DNA of 64,000 bases from Felis catus (GCF_018350175.1 NC_058375.1:160022001-160086000), one strand, 5' to 3'; shown: positions 49,778 through 63,629, numbered from the stretch's first letter. Notes: a model not told the origin generated them from the letters alone. Made by a program: numbers and translations.

Positions 49778-52031
49778 TACTGTACTTTAAAAAATTTATT
49801 TTTTCAACAAACACTTAATGAAGTCCTACTATGTACCAGGCTGTTTGCTAACTGCTGAGATATGACACTGAACAAAGTAGACACGCCCCTACCTTCATGA
49901 ATCACAAGACTGAAACACGGAAGAACTAGAGTCAAATTGTTTTCTATGTTTGGGGACATTTCTCCCTCCAAGTGCCTCTCTCTTCACATACGCTTTGACA
50001 GATCTAAAATTTGTATTGCCTATAGATAGTTTATGGATGGAAAGCTGGTGTCAAAGCAGAGATTACATCTTAGAGAATGTATATTTTCACACATTCCTGC
50101 ATTGATCATGCAGCTAGGAGCTGAGAAATTTTCTAATTAAATTCAGTTCAAGTTACTATATTTTCGCCTTCATTTGTCCGAGAAATAATTATACACAGGT
50201 GTTGATTTCCTTTTCCCTTTCCTTCTTTGCCTTCTTTTCTCTTTTCTTTCTTCTTTCTTCCTGGTGTGTTCCACTACCAATCATTTTTCTTCTGAAGAAG
50301 ATTTAAAATGTATTTCTCACATATATATGTGTTCATGTTTCCCTTCGTTTTCTGCGAGGATATGGTCTTGCCAACTCGGGCCTCTAACAGAAAACCCTTG
50401 TTTCAGTTACAAGTAGCCGTTTGATGCCGTTTCCCCTCCTCATGGGCTTTTGAGACGTTTTTCTTCCTTCTCACTGAACCTCAGGAATGGTGTCTAGGTA
50501 AATGCCAAGCCAAAAAAGCAAGAAATATTTAAATTCCCCTCTCCAGACAGTTTTTATAGCTGTTGAGAGTAGCTTCTTGTTTAAGAAATGTGGTCTGCTT
50601 TGTTAAGATTGCCCTTTTCTCTGGGAGTCCACCGTATTTTTGTTATTTATACATCTTTAAAAACATGTAAACACTTTATGCAAATGTAACATTTTGCAGT
50701 TATCCTTCATTTATCTAAAGAACACTCTGAATGATAGTCAACTATTTATATTTGGCAGAATTTCCACATACCCAGGAGAGGCAGAAACTCCAGGCCTCAC
50801 TCACATGAGAGCCCCCTCCAGTTTCCGCGGGCTGCCGACTTAGTGGCTGAGATTAATTCGCTATTGGGTTTGTGAACTTACAAAAATATTGTTTTAACTT
50901 GAAAAATAGTAAGAATTCTTTCAGTCATACGGAAAGTAACATAACATCCCCATGTATCCATCACCCTGATTTAACAGAGGTTCTGATTTTTGTCAACATA
51001 AAAAGGTATAAATTAGAACTCAAGGGTGGTAGGAAGAAAAGATTATACAGGATGATGGAAGAGGGTAAGCACCCTAACCTAAGCAAGAAACTAAAATTGG
51101 AGATTGGAGAACTCTAAACTAGACCCAGGGGCTGAACCATCATAACTGCCTGGGCTCATGCGGATGGGAGGGAAGCACCTCTCCAGCTCTAGAAGCCCCT
51201 TAGGATTTTCTCCACTGGTAATAGGACAGTATGTTTTATTAGTAACCCCAAATCATCAATAAAAGATTACATTGTGTCCATTCATGCTACTGCTAGAGAA
51301 GGAAAGCTTGTGTGCAACCAGTCTGAAAGCATTTGAGTAAATGTGCAAGGTTCAAAAATCCAGTTTTAACACTCAAGGAGCAAAGATTTTAGTTTTGCAG
51401 GAAATTCAACACATTCCTCTATGATGCCTGTAGTATTTAGAAGAGTAAAAATTCTTCACTGAGCATTTTTTTTTAGGCAAGTGTTTTATTGAAGAACCAC
51501 ACACATGCAGAGAAGTACCTAAATCATAAGTTACATGTTTTTATAACATGAACACACTCACGTACCTGGATGGTGAAACAACACCCCAGGCACCCAAGAA
51601 TCTTCCTGGTAACCATCGTAACTTCTCTCGGTCATGATAATTGCTCCTGACTTCTAATATCAGAGGTTAGTTTTGATTTTGGAAATTTTTGACACAACAG
51701 GATCCAGATCAGGGAGAAAAAGCTGTTGTGATTTATTGTTCATAATTTGCTTTTCAAGCAAACATAGTCCACGTATTTCCTTTTCATACATAGATGTTCA
51801 AGTTCCCTCATCTAAGATAAGGGCAGTGCCTGGATGATAGGATGATGATGATAGCAACAATAATAATTATTTTTAAAATGTGAATTGAGATTAAGCAAGC
51901 TACTTAACATCTCTCTGCCTTAGCTTTCTCCTCTGTATAATGGTAATAGTAATCATACCTTCTTCACAGAGTTGAGGTAAAAATTATGATGTATACATAT
52001 AGAGCACTTAGCATGGTTTGTAAGGGTTCAG

Positions 52032-52032
<1 letters not shown>

Positions 52033-52075
<43 letters not shown>
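52033..52075. repeat. (TG)n microsatellite
   Basis: About 21 perfect units. Confidence 0.97.
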
Positions 52076-52079
<4 letters not shown>

Positions 52080-52454
52080 AATCATGTTAACCCAGAAGAG
52101 GGTGAGATGTATTATTAGATTTTCATATTATCCACATTTTTATTTTACTAATGCCTGATCACACAGATTGCAAAACGCTCCACTGTGTGGATGAAAGGTC
52201 ACAAAGTCATGGGTAATGAGACATTTGCTTTCCTTGAAAACTTGAGAATCATATATGTTTCATATGATTTATATGAAAACTTGAGAATCACATGTACACA
52301 GGGATATGTATATCCACTAATTCCAAGGAGAAAAAGCATAAGGAGGGGAAACCATGTGTCTGAGTTGACTTCAGTTTGACTTCTAGACTTTGATCAGCCT
52401 GAAGAAAGTATCTTACATTTATTTAAAAAAACACGCAAAAGTCACACACACAAA

Positions 52455-52655
52455 TAAAATTAGTGAAATCTGAATTAGGTCAGTGGATTATATTGATGTC
52501 TGTTTCTTAGTTGTGATGTTGTACTATGGTTATGTAGGATGTTACCATTGGTAATATCAGATGTTATCAGCTGTGTGAGGAGTAGATGGGATCTGTCTGT
52601 ATTATTTCTTACAACTGCATGTAAATCTACAATTATCTCAAAATAAGAGTTAAAA
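52455..52655 (+). mobile_element. L1MC-like 3' end
   Basis: tctgtattatttcttacaactgcatgtaaatctacaattatctcaaaataa. Confidence 0.75.
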
Positions 52656-52795
52656 ATCATACTTATGGAGCTACATGCTTTGAGCCCAGGGCTGTTCTAG
52701 GCTCGGGATACAAGGAGAAACAGCAAAATGCATTCCTTCCTTCAGAGAGGATGAAGTAAGGATGAGAAGGGACATTGAGCTAGATTTTAAAAGTA

Positions 52796-53378
52796 CAGTT
52801 GACTCTTGAACAACATGGGTTTGAACTGTGCAGGTCCACTTACGGGTGGATTTTTTTTGGATAAACACACGACAGTACTGTAAATGTATTGCCCTTATGA
52901 TTTTTTTTCTTTTTTTTTTTAATTTTTTTAAATTTATTTATTTTTTCAATGTTTTTATTTATTTTTGGGACAGAGAGAGACAGAGCATGAACGGGGGAGG
53001 GGCAGAGAGAGAGGGAGACACAGAATTGGAAACAGGCTCCAGGCTCTGAGCCATCAGCCCAGAGCCTGACGCGGGGCTCGAACTCACGGACCGCGAGATC
53101 GTGACCTGGCTGAAGTCGGACGTTTAACCGACTGCGCCANNNNNNNNNNNNNNNNNNNNNNNNNNNNNNNNNNNNNNNNNNNNNNNNNNNNNNNNNNNNN
53201 NNNNNNNNNNNNNNNNNNNNNNNNNNNNNNNNNNNNNNNNNNNNNNNNNNNNNNNNNNNNNNNNNNNNNNNNNNNNNNNNNNNNNNNNNNNNNNNNNNNN
53301 NNNNNNNNNNNNNNNNNNNNNNNNNNNNNNNNNNNNNNNNNNNNNNNNNTGCCCCTAACATTGTGTAAGGGTCAACTG
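52796..53378. mobile_element. Tigger2/MER28-like TcMar DNA transposon with SINE insertion
   Basis: TIRs cagttgactcttgaacaa…ttgtgtaagggtcaactg, with TA before the left end. Confidence 0.85.
52900..53139 (-). mobile_element. Young SINEC_Fc (head runs into gap)
   Basis: Near-consensus, CpG-rich, long T-rich tail. Confidence 0.93.
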
Positions 53379-54034
53379 GTATACCTGGTTGCACTAAATG
53401 GCTTGAAAAGATTCATTGAATATAGAAATGATTATCCAAAAAGTCTCCATGTCCTTGAGGAAATATAAGCGATCAACATTTATAAGGTATCCATATATGC
53501 ACTAAAATTAGTAAGTAGCAATCCTTCAGAGTTTGGACTAGATAAAAAGAAGACTGTCTTAATGGTGAGGGCTGTCAAGTGTTAAGGAATGGAACCAACG
53601 AATACGAAGATTGACATCTTTTGCTGTAGGCTTTAAAGAGGCTGAACCCACATCTGTCTTTGTAGGTTTATGCCTTTGTGACTGAGAATGGACTAGATAA
53701 TGCCATAAATTTCTGTGATCCTATGAAGTTCTATATATTTAAATTATAAATGTCTGTAGTGGGAATATGCTTTTTTTTTTTTTTTTTTTCGTGCTGGAAC
53801 TAAGAAATATACACTGCTGTTATAATGGAATCCACCTTCCAGAGGAAGTATTCTTCAGACTTTATCCACCTGTCATACATTTTCGGCCCTCTAAAGTTTT
53901 CCTGACATGGACAGGAGGGGTGAGAATGAGGGTGGGTAGGGGCAGGATATTGTCTTCAGAACAAAAATTGCATGCTGCTTAACGTGGCTATGTAATCTAT
54001 TGCTTAAACCAGCACATTTTAAAAAATGCTATTC

Positions 54035-54920
54035 AAAAATGTTTTTGTTGAAATTTAATCTACGTGCAGAAAAATGTACATACGGTGTATAGCTTGGTGA
54101 AATCTTCCCTCCGTGAACACCTATGTAACCAGCATTCAGACTGAGAAACAGAACATTAGCAGAAAGCTAGAAATCTCTTGCATGTTCCTTTTCAGTTACT
54201 ATACCACTTCCTCACAAGGGCAACCATTATCCTGACTTTTCTTATTGCAGAGATGAGTTTTGCCTGTTTTTATAGTTCGTATAAATTGAATCCATACAGT
54301 CTATAACTGTTTATGTCTGGTTTCTTGGCACCCACATTATAGGTTGATCCATATCATTGGGTGATGTTCTAGTTATAGATCATTCATTCTCTTTGCTGTA
54401 TATTATTCCATGGTGTAAATATATCACAGTTTATTTATTCACTCTATTAATGATGGGCATTTGGGGAGTTTCTAGTTTGGGGCCACTACAAATAGTGATG
54501 CTAATAATATTCTAGTGCATGTCTTTTGGTGAACATATGTACATATTCCTTTGGGGCATATACCCAGGAGTAGAATTGCTGGATCATAAGTTATGCATAA
54601 GTTTAGCTTGAGTGAATACTGCTAGTTTGCCACAGTGTTTGTTCCCATTTAAACTCCCATCAGCAGAACATGAGAGCTGTGATTGCTTTACATCCTCTGC
54701 AATACTTGGCATTTTTCATGTTTAGCCATTCAGATATGTGGTAGACATATTCTCATTTGATTTTAATTTGCATTTCTCTGTTGACTAGTGAAGTTGACAT
54801 CTTTCTTATGTTTATCTATATTTGGATATACCTTTCTGTAAAATATGTGGATATACTCTTTTGTTCGGTTAAATCTTTGTGCATATATATATCCCTTAGT
54901 CTGTCTTTTCTTATCAAACT
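54035..54920 (-). mobile_element. Old L1M 3' fragment
   Basis: tgatgggcatttggg, atacccaggagtagaattgctggatcata. Confidence 0.8.
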
Positions 54921-54939
54921 ATGACTATATGAAGAAACC

Positions 54940-55470
54940 AGGTCATAAGATTAATAATTTGGTTTTGGATGTGTTGAGTTTGAGATATTTGGAGGCATCT
55001 CTATAGAGATGTAAAGAAGCTGTTGGATTTTGTGGGTCTGGAGGTAAGAAGAAAGTTCTGGGCTTAAGGGGCTCCTGGGTGGCTCAGTTGGTTAAGCGTC
55101 TGACTCTTGATCTCAGCTCAGCTTGATCTCGGCGTTGTGAGTTCAAGCCCCATGTTGGCCTCCATGCTGGCCATGGAGCCTACTTTAAAAAGGTATGAAC
55201 TGGAGGTGAGAATTTGGGAGTCCCTGCCATGTAGGTAGCATCTCAGTGAAGGAGTGAATGAGATCACCCACAGAGAGTGTAGAGGGAGGAAAAAGTCTTA
55301 GAATTGACCCTGAGAGCCACCAGAGTTTGTTCATAAGTCGGAAATAAAGAAGATGCCGGCAAAAGAGCCCAAGAATGAACCCCTGAGAGGCAGGGAAGAG
55401 GGGAGAAGCAGAAGCCAGGTGGAAAGGGTTTCATGGAAGGGAGCGTTCAGCGCGTCAAACTGTTCAACTT
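54940..55470 (-). mobile_element. L2 remnant containing a short SINE (55068-55190, +)
   Basis: ttttggatgtgttgagtttgag, aatttgggagtc, gaatgagatcaccca. Confidence 0.7.
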
Positions 55471-55523
55471 GTGTTAATTGAAAACAACAATGCCACGTTC
55501 TGTCCCCTTTTGCTTCTTTCTAG

Positions 55524-55732
55524 CCATCATCGTATACAGACTGCCATGGACCTGGAAATGCAGCAAGCTCCTGATGAAATCCATCCATGCAGGTTTACAC
55601 GCTGTTGCTGCCATTCTTGCAATTATCTCTCTGGTGGCTGTTTTCGATTTCCACAATGCCAAGAATATCCCCAACATGTACAGTCTACACAGCTGGGTCG
55701 GACTGACGGTCGTCATACTCTACATCTTACAG
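55524..55732 (+). CDS. CYBRD1: CYBRD1 coding exon 2
   Basis: ttctag| acceptor and CAG|gtcaat donor, 209 nt. Encodes [70 protein letters not shown], with His86 and the SLHSW His120. Confidence 0.97.
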
Positions 55733-55936
55733 GTCAATGTCTCAGTGTATTTGTAAGCATGATATGAAAAGCAAAACAGTTCAGATACTGTAGATGTTTT
55801 CTACACATTCATATTTCTTGGAAATAATCTTCTCATTCCCTTTAGGCCCTGTTCCATTTTGTTTCCATTGTAAGTATTCTTCCCTGAAGGGCCACCAGAA
55901 CTGCAGAATTCAGTCTTTAAGCTTGAGCATGAGATT

Positions 55937-56150
55937 TAAAAAAAATTTTTTTAATGTTCATTTATTTTTGGAAGAGAGAGAGAGCACGAGCAGGGGAGGA
56001 GCAGAGCGAGAGGGAGACACAGAATCCGAAACAGGCTCCAGGCTCTGAGCTGTCAGCACAGAGCCCAATGCGGGGTTCGAACTCACAAACTGTGAGATCA
56101 TGACCTGAGCTGAAGCTGGACACTCAACCAACTGAGCTATCCAGGCACCC
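55937..56150 (-). mobile_element. CAN-SINE
   Basis: TSD tgagcatgagattt. Confidence 0.93.
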
Positions 56151-56294
56151 TGAGCATGAGATTTTAAATATGGACATATCTATGTAGGGAAATTACTGTC
56201 TCCATAACACCTAGACTGCCATTATCTGGACTTCAAGTTCCATGTGCTAAATAAACAAGCATAGGCAAGATTTCTTTCCCATATTCCTCTATCA

Positions 56295-56544
56295 TTTTTC
56301 TTTTCTTTTTTGTTTTATAAAATTTTATTTTCATGTTTATTTACTTTTGAGAGAGCGTGTGCACACATGAGCAGAGGAGGGACAGAGAAAGAATTAGAGG
56401 ATCCAAAGTGAGCTCCATGCTATCAGCACAGAGCCCAGTGCAGGGCTCGAACTCACAAACTGTGAGATCATGACCTGAGCAAAAGTTGGGCGCTTAACCA
56501 ACTGAGCCACCCAGGCGCCCCTCCTTTTTTTTTTTTTTTTACAT

Positions 56545-56583
<39 letters not shown>

Positions 56584-56744
56584 TGAGAGTGAAAGAGAGA
56601 GAGGGAGAGGGGGTAGAGAGAGAAATGGAGAGAGAGAATCTCAAGCAGGCTCCACATTGTCAGCACAGAATCTGACGCCGGATTCATGACCTGAACCAAA
56701 ATCAAGAGTCGGGTGCTTAACTGACTGAGCCAGCCAGGTGCCCC
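56295..56744 (-). mobile_element. Two tandem CAN-SINEs (approx. 56295-56521 and 56525-56744)
   Basis: Two heads and two tails. The second tail has an (ATTT)n expansion. Confidence 0.9.
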
Positions 56745-57390
56745 TGTCATTTCTTCTTCCTAACTTTATGAGTGAAGACATGAATTTTACTTCTTTGTTA
56801 GATTTTGAAGGCTCAGTGATTAGTTTAGTTTTCCCCTGTCTTTTCTTCACTTATTAAAAACACATACATTTGAGAGCAGTGCATATGAACAAAAGTTAAT
56901 GGAGTGTGATAAGGATTTGGCTATTCTAGGACACTAAAGTAAAAGGTGAATTTTTAAAATCTTTTTGGTGGTAACCATTTTGTTGAAAAATCCTTGTGAA
57001 CTACGGCAATTCACTTCCCTTCCTTAGGACAGTATATAGCCAGCTATCTAATTGGGATATCAATGTGAACTTCACTTTTCTGTGAATATAGGAGAAGTAA
57101 GAAACTGAAATGAATAAAAAATAGAAGAAATTATAAATGAAATGAAAAGCTGGTTCTTTAAAATAAAATAAAAGAGATAAACCATTGCAAACCTGAGAAA
57201 AAACAAAATACACAACCTTCAGAATAAGAAAAAAATTAATCATAGATACAGATATTATTTTAAAATTAGGACAGATTGTTAAATTTTAATATAATATACT
57301 TAAAAATCTTTAAGAAATAAGGATTCTTTTCTTGCCAAATATAGACTACCAGATTTGATCCAAGAGGAATTAGAAAACCTAAACAGGATT

Positions 57391-57605
57391 GGGGCACCTG
57401 GGTGGCTCAATCGGTTAAGCGTTCGACTTAGGCTTAGGTCACGATCTCAGGTTCCCGGTTTTGAGTCCCACGTTGGGCTCTGTTGCTGAAAGCTCAGAGC
57501 CTGGAGCCTGCTTCAGATTCTGTGTCTCCCTCTATCTCTCTGCCCCTTTCCCGCTCACACTCTGTCTCTGTCCCTCTCTCAAAAATAAATAAACATAAAA
57601 AAAAA
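57391..57605 (+). mobile_element. CAN-SINE
   Basis: TSD aaaacctaaacagga. Confidence 0.93.
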
Positions 57606-58102
57606 AACCTAAACAGGACAATAAAATATTAGATGAAATTGGTAAGATCTTTTGAAATCTATCTCTAAAAAAGGCACTGGTCCAGACTGTTTTGTATCTT
57701 TGACTTTCTAGGAACGGATACTTTAAACTTTTCTAGCACACTGGGAGAAAACAAACTCCTCTTAGATGTGGAGCCACTGTGTACTACATCTTGACATCTA
57801 AGATGGCGGCCCCGATGATAAACACCTTTACTAACATCCAACAGCAAACACCAGCTTACAGTGTGAAATATTGAAGACATTTCATTATATTAATAAGACA
57901 TTGGTGCTTGCTATCTTTGTCATTCAAATTTATTTTAGAGGTTTTAGCTACAAGATAATGAAAAAATCTGTATAAGTAATAGAGAATTTGTGACTTTTTT
58001 TTCAGTTTGCAAAAACAAATACATAGAATGTATGTCTAGTAACCCAGAGATGGTTAGAGTAATGAGTATTTGGGAAGGTGCCTGGATCTAACATAGCCAC
58101 GC

Positions 58103-58306
58103 AGGGGCACCTGGGTGGCTCAGTCGGTTAAGCATCCAACTTTGGCTCAGGTCATGATCCGACAGTTTGTGGGTTCGAGCCCCACATCAGGCTCTGTGCT
58201 GACAGCTCGGAGCCTGGAACCTGCTTTGGATTCTACGTCTCCCTCTTTCTCTGCCCCTCCCCCCCTCAAAAATAAATAAACATTTAAAAATACTCAAAAA
58301 AAAGAA
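58103..58306 (+). mobile_element. CAN-SINE
   Basis: TSD atagccaYgca. Confidence 0.92.
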
Positions 58307-59064
58307 GATAGCCATGCATAATTCAATAACTTTTGCGTAAACTAGAAATAACCACTTAGAATAAGAAGTAGAATTCATTTATAATGTGAATATAAAATTA
58401 TAGAATATGTAGGAATAAGTTGAACAACGAAAGTATAAAATCTATATGTAGAATATGTAGAATACTATGAAATTTTATTGAAAAACAGAAAACATGGTAT
58501 AATTAGATACCATGTTACTAAAAGAGAACAATTAATATAGAAATATCTTTCCCTCTTCAACTATATTTATGTATAATATAATTCTAATTTTAAGCCCAAT
58601 AGTAGTTTTAAACTTGCAGAGCAAATATCCAAGGATAATCAAACAAATGTTGAAAAAGAGGTGAAGGGAGACCTGCCTTCAAAACAAGCTATTAATACAA
58701 GAGTAAACAAAATATAATCATGGAAAGAACAGAGAGGACAGAAACAGTCCACGTAGTACACGAATTTTTTTCTTTGGCACTTTGGTATTTCAATTTAGTG
58801 GAGAAAGAATGCTTATTTAATAAATGTTACCATCATAATTTGTTATCCATTTGGAAGAGACCAAACAAGCGAAAGGACTCTGTATATAACACAAAGGAAA
58901 AAAGATTCCTAAAAACCCAATGAGAAGAGAAAAAGAAAATTAAGAAGCAAATAATCTATATAATCTGAAGTTGGGGAGTCCACAGGTTGACAAGAAATCC
59001 GGAAGTCATAAAGGAAAAAGAAGACATATTTGATTGTATAAAAAATTTTTTAAAGTATATGGAG

Positions 59065-59290
59065 GGGGGCACCTGGGTGGCTCAGTTAGTTAAGCGTCCA
59101 ACTCTTGATTTTGGCTCAGGTAATGATCTCACTATTTGTGAGATCGAGCCCCACATCTGGCTCTGTGCTGACAGCATGGAGCCTGCTTGGGATTCTCTCT
59201 CTCCCTCTGTCTCTGCCCCTCCCCTGCTCATCCTCTCTCTCTCTCTCTCAAAATAAATAAGCATTAAAAAAAGAAAAAAAATTTTAATAA
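59065..59290 (+). mobile_element. CAN-SINE
   Basis: Head, (CT)n, A tail. Confidence 0.92.
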
Positions 59291-59819
59291 AAAATCATGT
59301 GGGGCAAAACATACCAAAGTCAACAGAAACTGCACAAAGGGATATGGGAATAGTCATGTCATATGTTAAGGCTTAATGTGTTTAATATGTAATATAAAAA
59401 AACTCCTAAAAATTAATGACAAAAAGGCAACCTCACAGAAAAATAAACAGAAGATTTGAACAGGCAGGTCACAGAAGAAAAACTTAAATCACCAATCAAC
59501 ATATAAAATGTCCAACCTCAGTAAGAAGCTAGGGAAATAGAGAATAAAACAACAATAAAATGTCATTTTCCCCCACAAGACTAACAGGACAACAGTGGTG
59601 ATGTTCCTTGCTGCCAAGGGCGTGAGTGGTCAAAGGTGCTCTCCACTTTTGCTTTTCCACTAGTGACAAGAAAATGCGTTGTCACCAAATTTTAGGGAAG
59701 TAGTGTGTTAATATCTACTAAATTAAAAAATATATATATATGCTTACCCTTTAACCTAGCAATCCCACATTTGGAGAGAGTGGAAATAAAATACTGTAAC
59801 GTAAGGAACTCTAAAAAGG

Positions 59820-60036
59820 ATTTTTTTTTTAATATTTATTTTTGAGAGAGAAAGGGAGTGAGAGAGAGAGGGAGAGAGCATGAGCTGGGGACCGGCAGAG
59901 AGAGAGGGAGACACAGACTTCAAAGCAGGCTCCGGGCTCTGAGCTGTCAGCACAGAGCCCGACGCGGGGCTGGAACTATGAGATCATGACCTGAGCTGAA
60001 TTTGGATGTCCAACCAACTGAGCCAGCCAGGTGCCC
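59820..60036 (-). mobile_element. CAN-SINE
   Basis: TSD ctaaaaagg. Confidence 0.92.
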
Positions 60037-60907
60037 CTAAAAAGGGTTTTTAGCGCAACATTGTTTATGCAAGCAGGAAACCAGAAGCCGCTAAATATCC
60101 ATCAATAGGGAATGGTTAAATAATTTTTGGTAAATCCATGGTGGATATCATACAGCCATTACAAGGAATGTAGCCATGTCTACTGACCAAGAGTGAAATC
60201 ATGATATATTCTTCAGTATAAAAAATACTGGAGAATAAGTAATATGTTTAGTAAAACGTCATTTAAAATAAAAAAGGAAAGAGAAAACAAGCATGTATGT
60301 GTTTATGTGTAAAGAAAGGTATGGGAGAATACACCAACCCACTGCCACATTGTGGGAGTGGGTGGGATTGGTTTGGGGGCTTATTAAATTTTTAAATGTG
60401 TCTTGTTTGACTTGCTTGAACCTGTGGCTCTTTTGTTTCCAATACAAGTAAATCATATGTTATATACAAAGCATATATACATAATTTTTAAAACCAAACA
60501 AGCAGACAGGTGTCCCCTCACCACAGATTGTGAATACTCACGTTGTGCTTGGTGCCTGTGGTTGTTCAGGAACCAGGTGAACAGTTTCTTATCAGGAAAA
60601 GTTGACAACATTCCAACTTTATTCCTTTGCTCCATAAAAGCTATTTTCAAGTTACTTGCATTGCTTCTCCATACAAGTGACAGAACAGATCACCCAGATG
60701 TGCTCAGGGAGAAATTAAGTGAAAGCACATTTCCTTTCCCAGTGGAAAGAAATGAATTCTAGGCTTTTGGTAGGAGCTAAGCTCCCCACTTATTATGATT
60801 TACAGAGATTCCTGCCTCCGTATTCTTAGTTGCAAAAATTCATGAGCCACAAAAATATGCTTTGACAGAGACATACTTCTGTCAGATTTCTTAAGTTAAA
60901 AAAGGGA

Positions 60908-61102
60908 GGGGTGCCTGGGTGGCTCAGTCTAGCGACTCTTCCTTTCAGCTCAGGTCATGATCCCAAAGGTTGTGGGATCAAGTCCCGAGTCAGGCTCCGA
61001 GCAGAGCGCGGAGCCTGCTTAAGATTGTCTCTCTCTCCCTCTGCCCCTCTCTCACGCTCGTGCTCTCTCTCTAACGTAAAATAAAATAAATTAAATTTTT
61101 TT
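60908..61102 (+). mobile_element. CAN-SINE
   Basis: Head, (CT)n, tail, TSD approx. aagt(t)aaaaaggg. Confidence 0.9.
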
Positions 61103-62137
61103 TAAAGTAAAAAGGGGAAGCAGTTTCTCTTTCTGAATCAAGATGAATCCTAGATCCTTGGAGCTGCCGCTTGTGGTTGGAGAACAGGAAGTTTCCACTT
61201 TCCTGGAGCGGGTGCAGGCGCTGGCTTGCTGCTGGCTTATGCGGTCACGACTGCCTGCACTTCAGTCTCCAAGTTTAACTGCGTGCAGACCATTCACCCG
61301 AGTTTGTGAAGTCAGTTTGTGCTCCCCTCCCCTTCAAAGAACAATTCAAGAAGCAGTCCTACCAGAGTGTGAAGAGCGTGGGAGAGAATGTCAGGTTCAT
61401 ATCTTCTTACCTTAGCACTGTTGGGGTTTGGCTTAGCTCCTTTGTTTAAAGTCAGGATTTACCTGCCAAGGGAAGCTAGTGTCCGGGGCGTTCAGTAAAT
61501 AGAGTAAGGAGGGAAGGACGGAGGTAAGCAACAAAGAATACAACCAAAAAAGGCTGAAAGGTCTTCTTTCTTCCTCATATTTACCTATGGGTTGTAAAGC
61601 ATTTCAAGTGTAGAATACTTTTCTGCTTGTGAAATCTAGCCTCTGGGGCATTTAAAAAAAATAAACTGTCTGGGGCTCAAAGTGTGCTCTTCACTGGGCT
61701 GTTTTCTCTGTATGTCTGACTTCTGCTTCCCTCAGTCTGTTGTCAGGACAGGATTGCTGAGAACCTTGAGCCTACCCCTAAAAGTAGAGAGCCCACCTTT
61801 CCTGAGTCCACAGATTAAACTCAGTAAAAATGTGTTCGGGTCCACTTGTGTCTTAGGTGTTCTCTTGAAGAGGCACTTTTACAGGGGGTTGGACCGACCC
61901 GGATCCCCTACTCCCCTCCCACCCCTCCCCACCCCCAAACCCCAGCCCTGAAAACAGAATCACAGCAATGATTCCCCTGCAAAGCAGAGATCCTTTATTT
62001 ACTCTTTTGAAGAGGAAATTACGCTGAAATTTCTTTGTGACATTCTTCCACCAAATTTTGCTGACACATATTTTCTTATTCTTTCATTTCATCTCTCTGA
62101 GGTATTCCTTCTCTCTGCTTCCGAGGCATCCTCTTAG

Positions 62138-62600
62138 AGTAGTTCTCAAAATCCAGTCCAGAGAACTCTGAAGCGGGGAGTGGGGAGTGGTAACCAAGAT
62201 TTTCAGGTGGTTCTTTCTGTTCAAAGCTCTTTTCATAATACTAAGGTGGTATTTATCTTTGTGTCAGTTTCTCAAAAGTGTTACATGGCCTTTTCCAGAG
62301 ACTACATTATATGTGGTATCACATAAGCCTGAATGTGGAGACAAATAGAGGAACCCAATTATCTACTACTGAATCAGAACTTAAAGTGATTTGCGAATAT
62401 GTAAAACATGCCACTTGGCATGTTTTTTGTTTCACATAATATAGTTATTTTTCCTAAGACATGTTATTTATGTAAATATGTAGTGAATTTATTATCATTG
62501 TTAAATGAATAAATATTTTTAGAAGTTTCAGCTTTAATTTCTAATATGGTAAATATCAATAGATGTATAATATAAATAAAAGCTCTTTGGGGTTCTCGAT
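62138..62600. mobile_element. hAT-Charlie-like DNA transposon fragment
   Basis: agtagttctcaaa start, aaataaaagctctttggggttctc. Confidence 0.55.
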
Positions 62601-62639
62601 ATTGTATGTATTTAGAAGTAATGAATCATGATAAAATTA

Positions 62640-63620
62640 ACTCTTAGGATTCCACTATCCAACCTAATTTAGAAAACATAGAACCCCCACCCACTTCTAC
62701 TTCAATCCCATATCTGTCTAACTACCCCAACTTCTAATGGTAACCATTCTCTGGAAGTTTTTCTGTCATTCCCTGTTTTTCTTTACAATTTTTCTACATA
62801 CTGCGAATCCCCAAACAATATGTTGTTTAGTTTTGCTTTTTTAATAAATTTTGAAAAACACAGTATCATCATATAAGTATTCTATTGCAACTTTTTTTCA
62901 TTCTACTGATTCAACTATCTTGATTCCTTAGCTGTAGTTTATTCATTTTTACTTTTGCATTCCATTGTTTAAATATACCATGAATTTACTTATCCAATCT
63001 CTTGCTATTAGACATTTGGGCTATTTTTAGTTTTCTGCTATAAACAATACTGTATTGAACATTCATATACACATCTCCTGGCTCTCATATGCAAAGATTA
63101 CTCTGGGCGTATACTTAGGAGTGGAATTATACTCAGACGAAAACAGAAATGCCAAACTGTTTTCCAAATTGGTTGATCCCAGTGTGTTCCTGCCAGCAGC
63201 ATGTAAGAGTACCCATAAGGCACATCCTTGCCAACATGCGTCGTCTTCAAACTTTTGATTATTGCCAAACTAGTGGGTATAAACTGATGTCTTCTTGTGG
63301 TTTTAATGTTTATTTCACTGATCACTCATGTTTCCTTTCTAAGAAAGAGAAATATCTTTTGTCCACTTGAAAAATGAGGGTTTCTTTTTTCTTTTCCTTG
63401 AAGATTTGTAGGAGTTCTGTGTCAGATGCCTTTTCATTTATATGTATTGTTTATATCTTCCAGTTTGAAGCTTAAATTTTCTCTTTTGTTAGTATTTGTT
63501 GATAAACAGAAATTCTTCATTTTAATGAAACAAATTAATCATCTTTCCCTGTAAGGCTATTATTTTTTATTTCGTTTTGGAAACTTGTTTGGAAATCTTT
63601 CCCTCCCCTGAGGGCCAAAC
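62640..63620 (-). mobile_element. Old L1M fragment
   Basis: agacatttgggc, acttaggagtggaatt, acatccttgccaaca. Confidence 0.75.
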
Positions 63621-63629
63621 AAACTATAT

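Larger units (their letters stand above)
57110..60320 (+). mobile_element. Fragmented old L1 (ORF2/3' region) with several SINE insertions
   Basis: A-rich sense L1 motifs (gaattagaaaacctaaacag, taggaataagttgaacaa, aaatatccatcaataggg). Confidence 0.7.
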
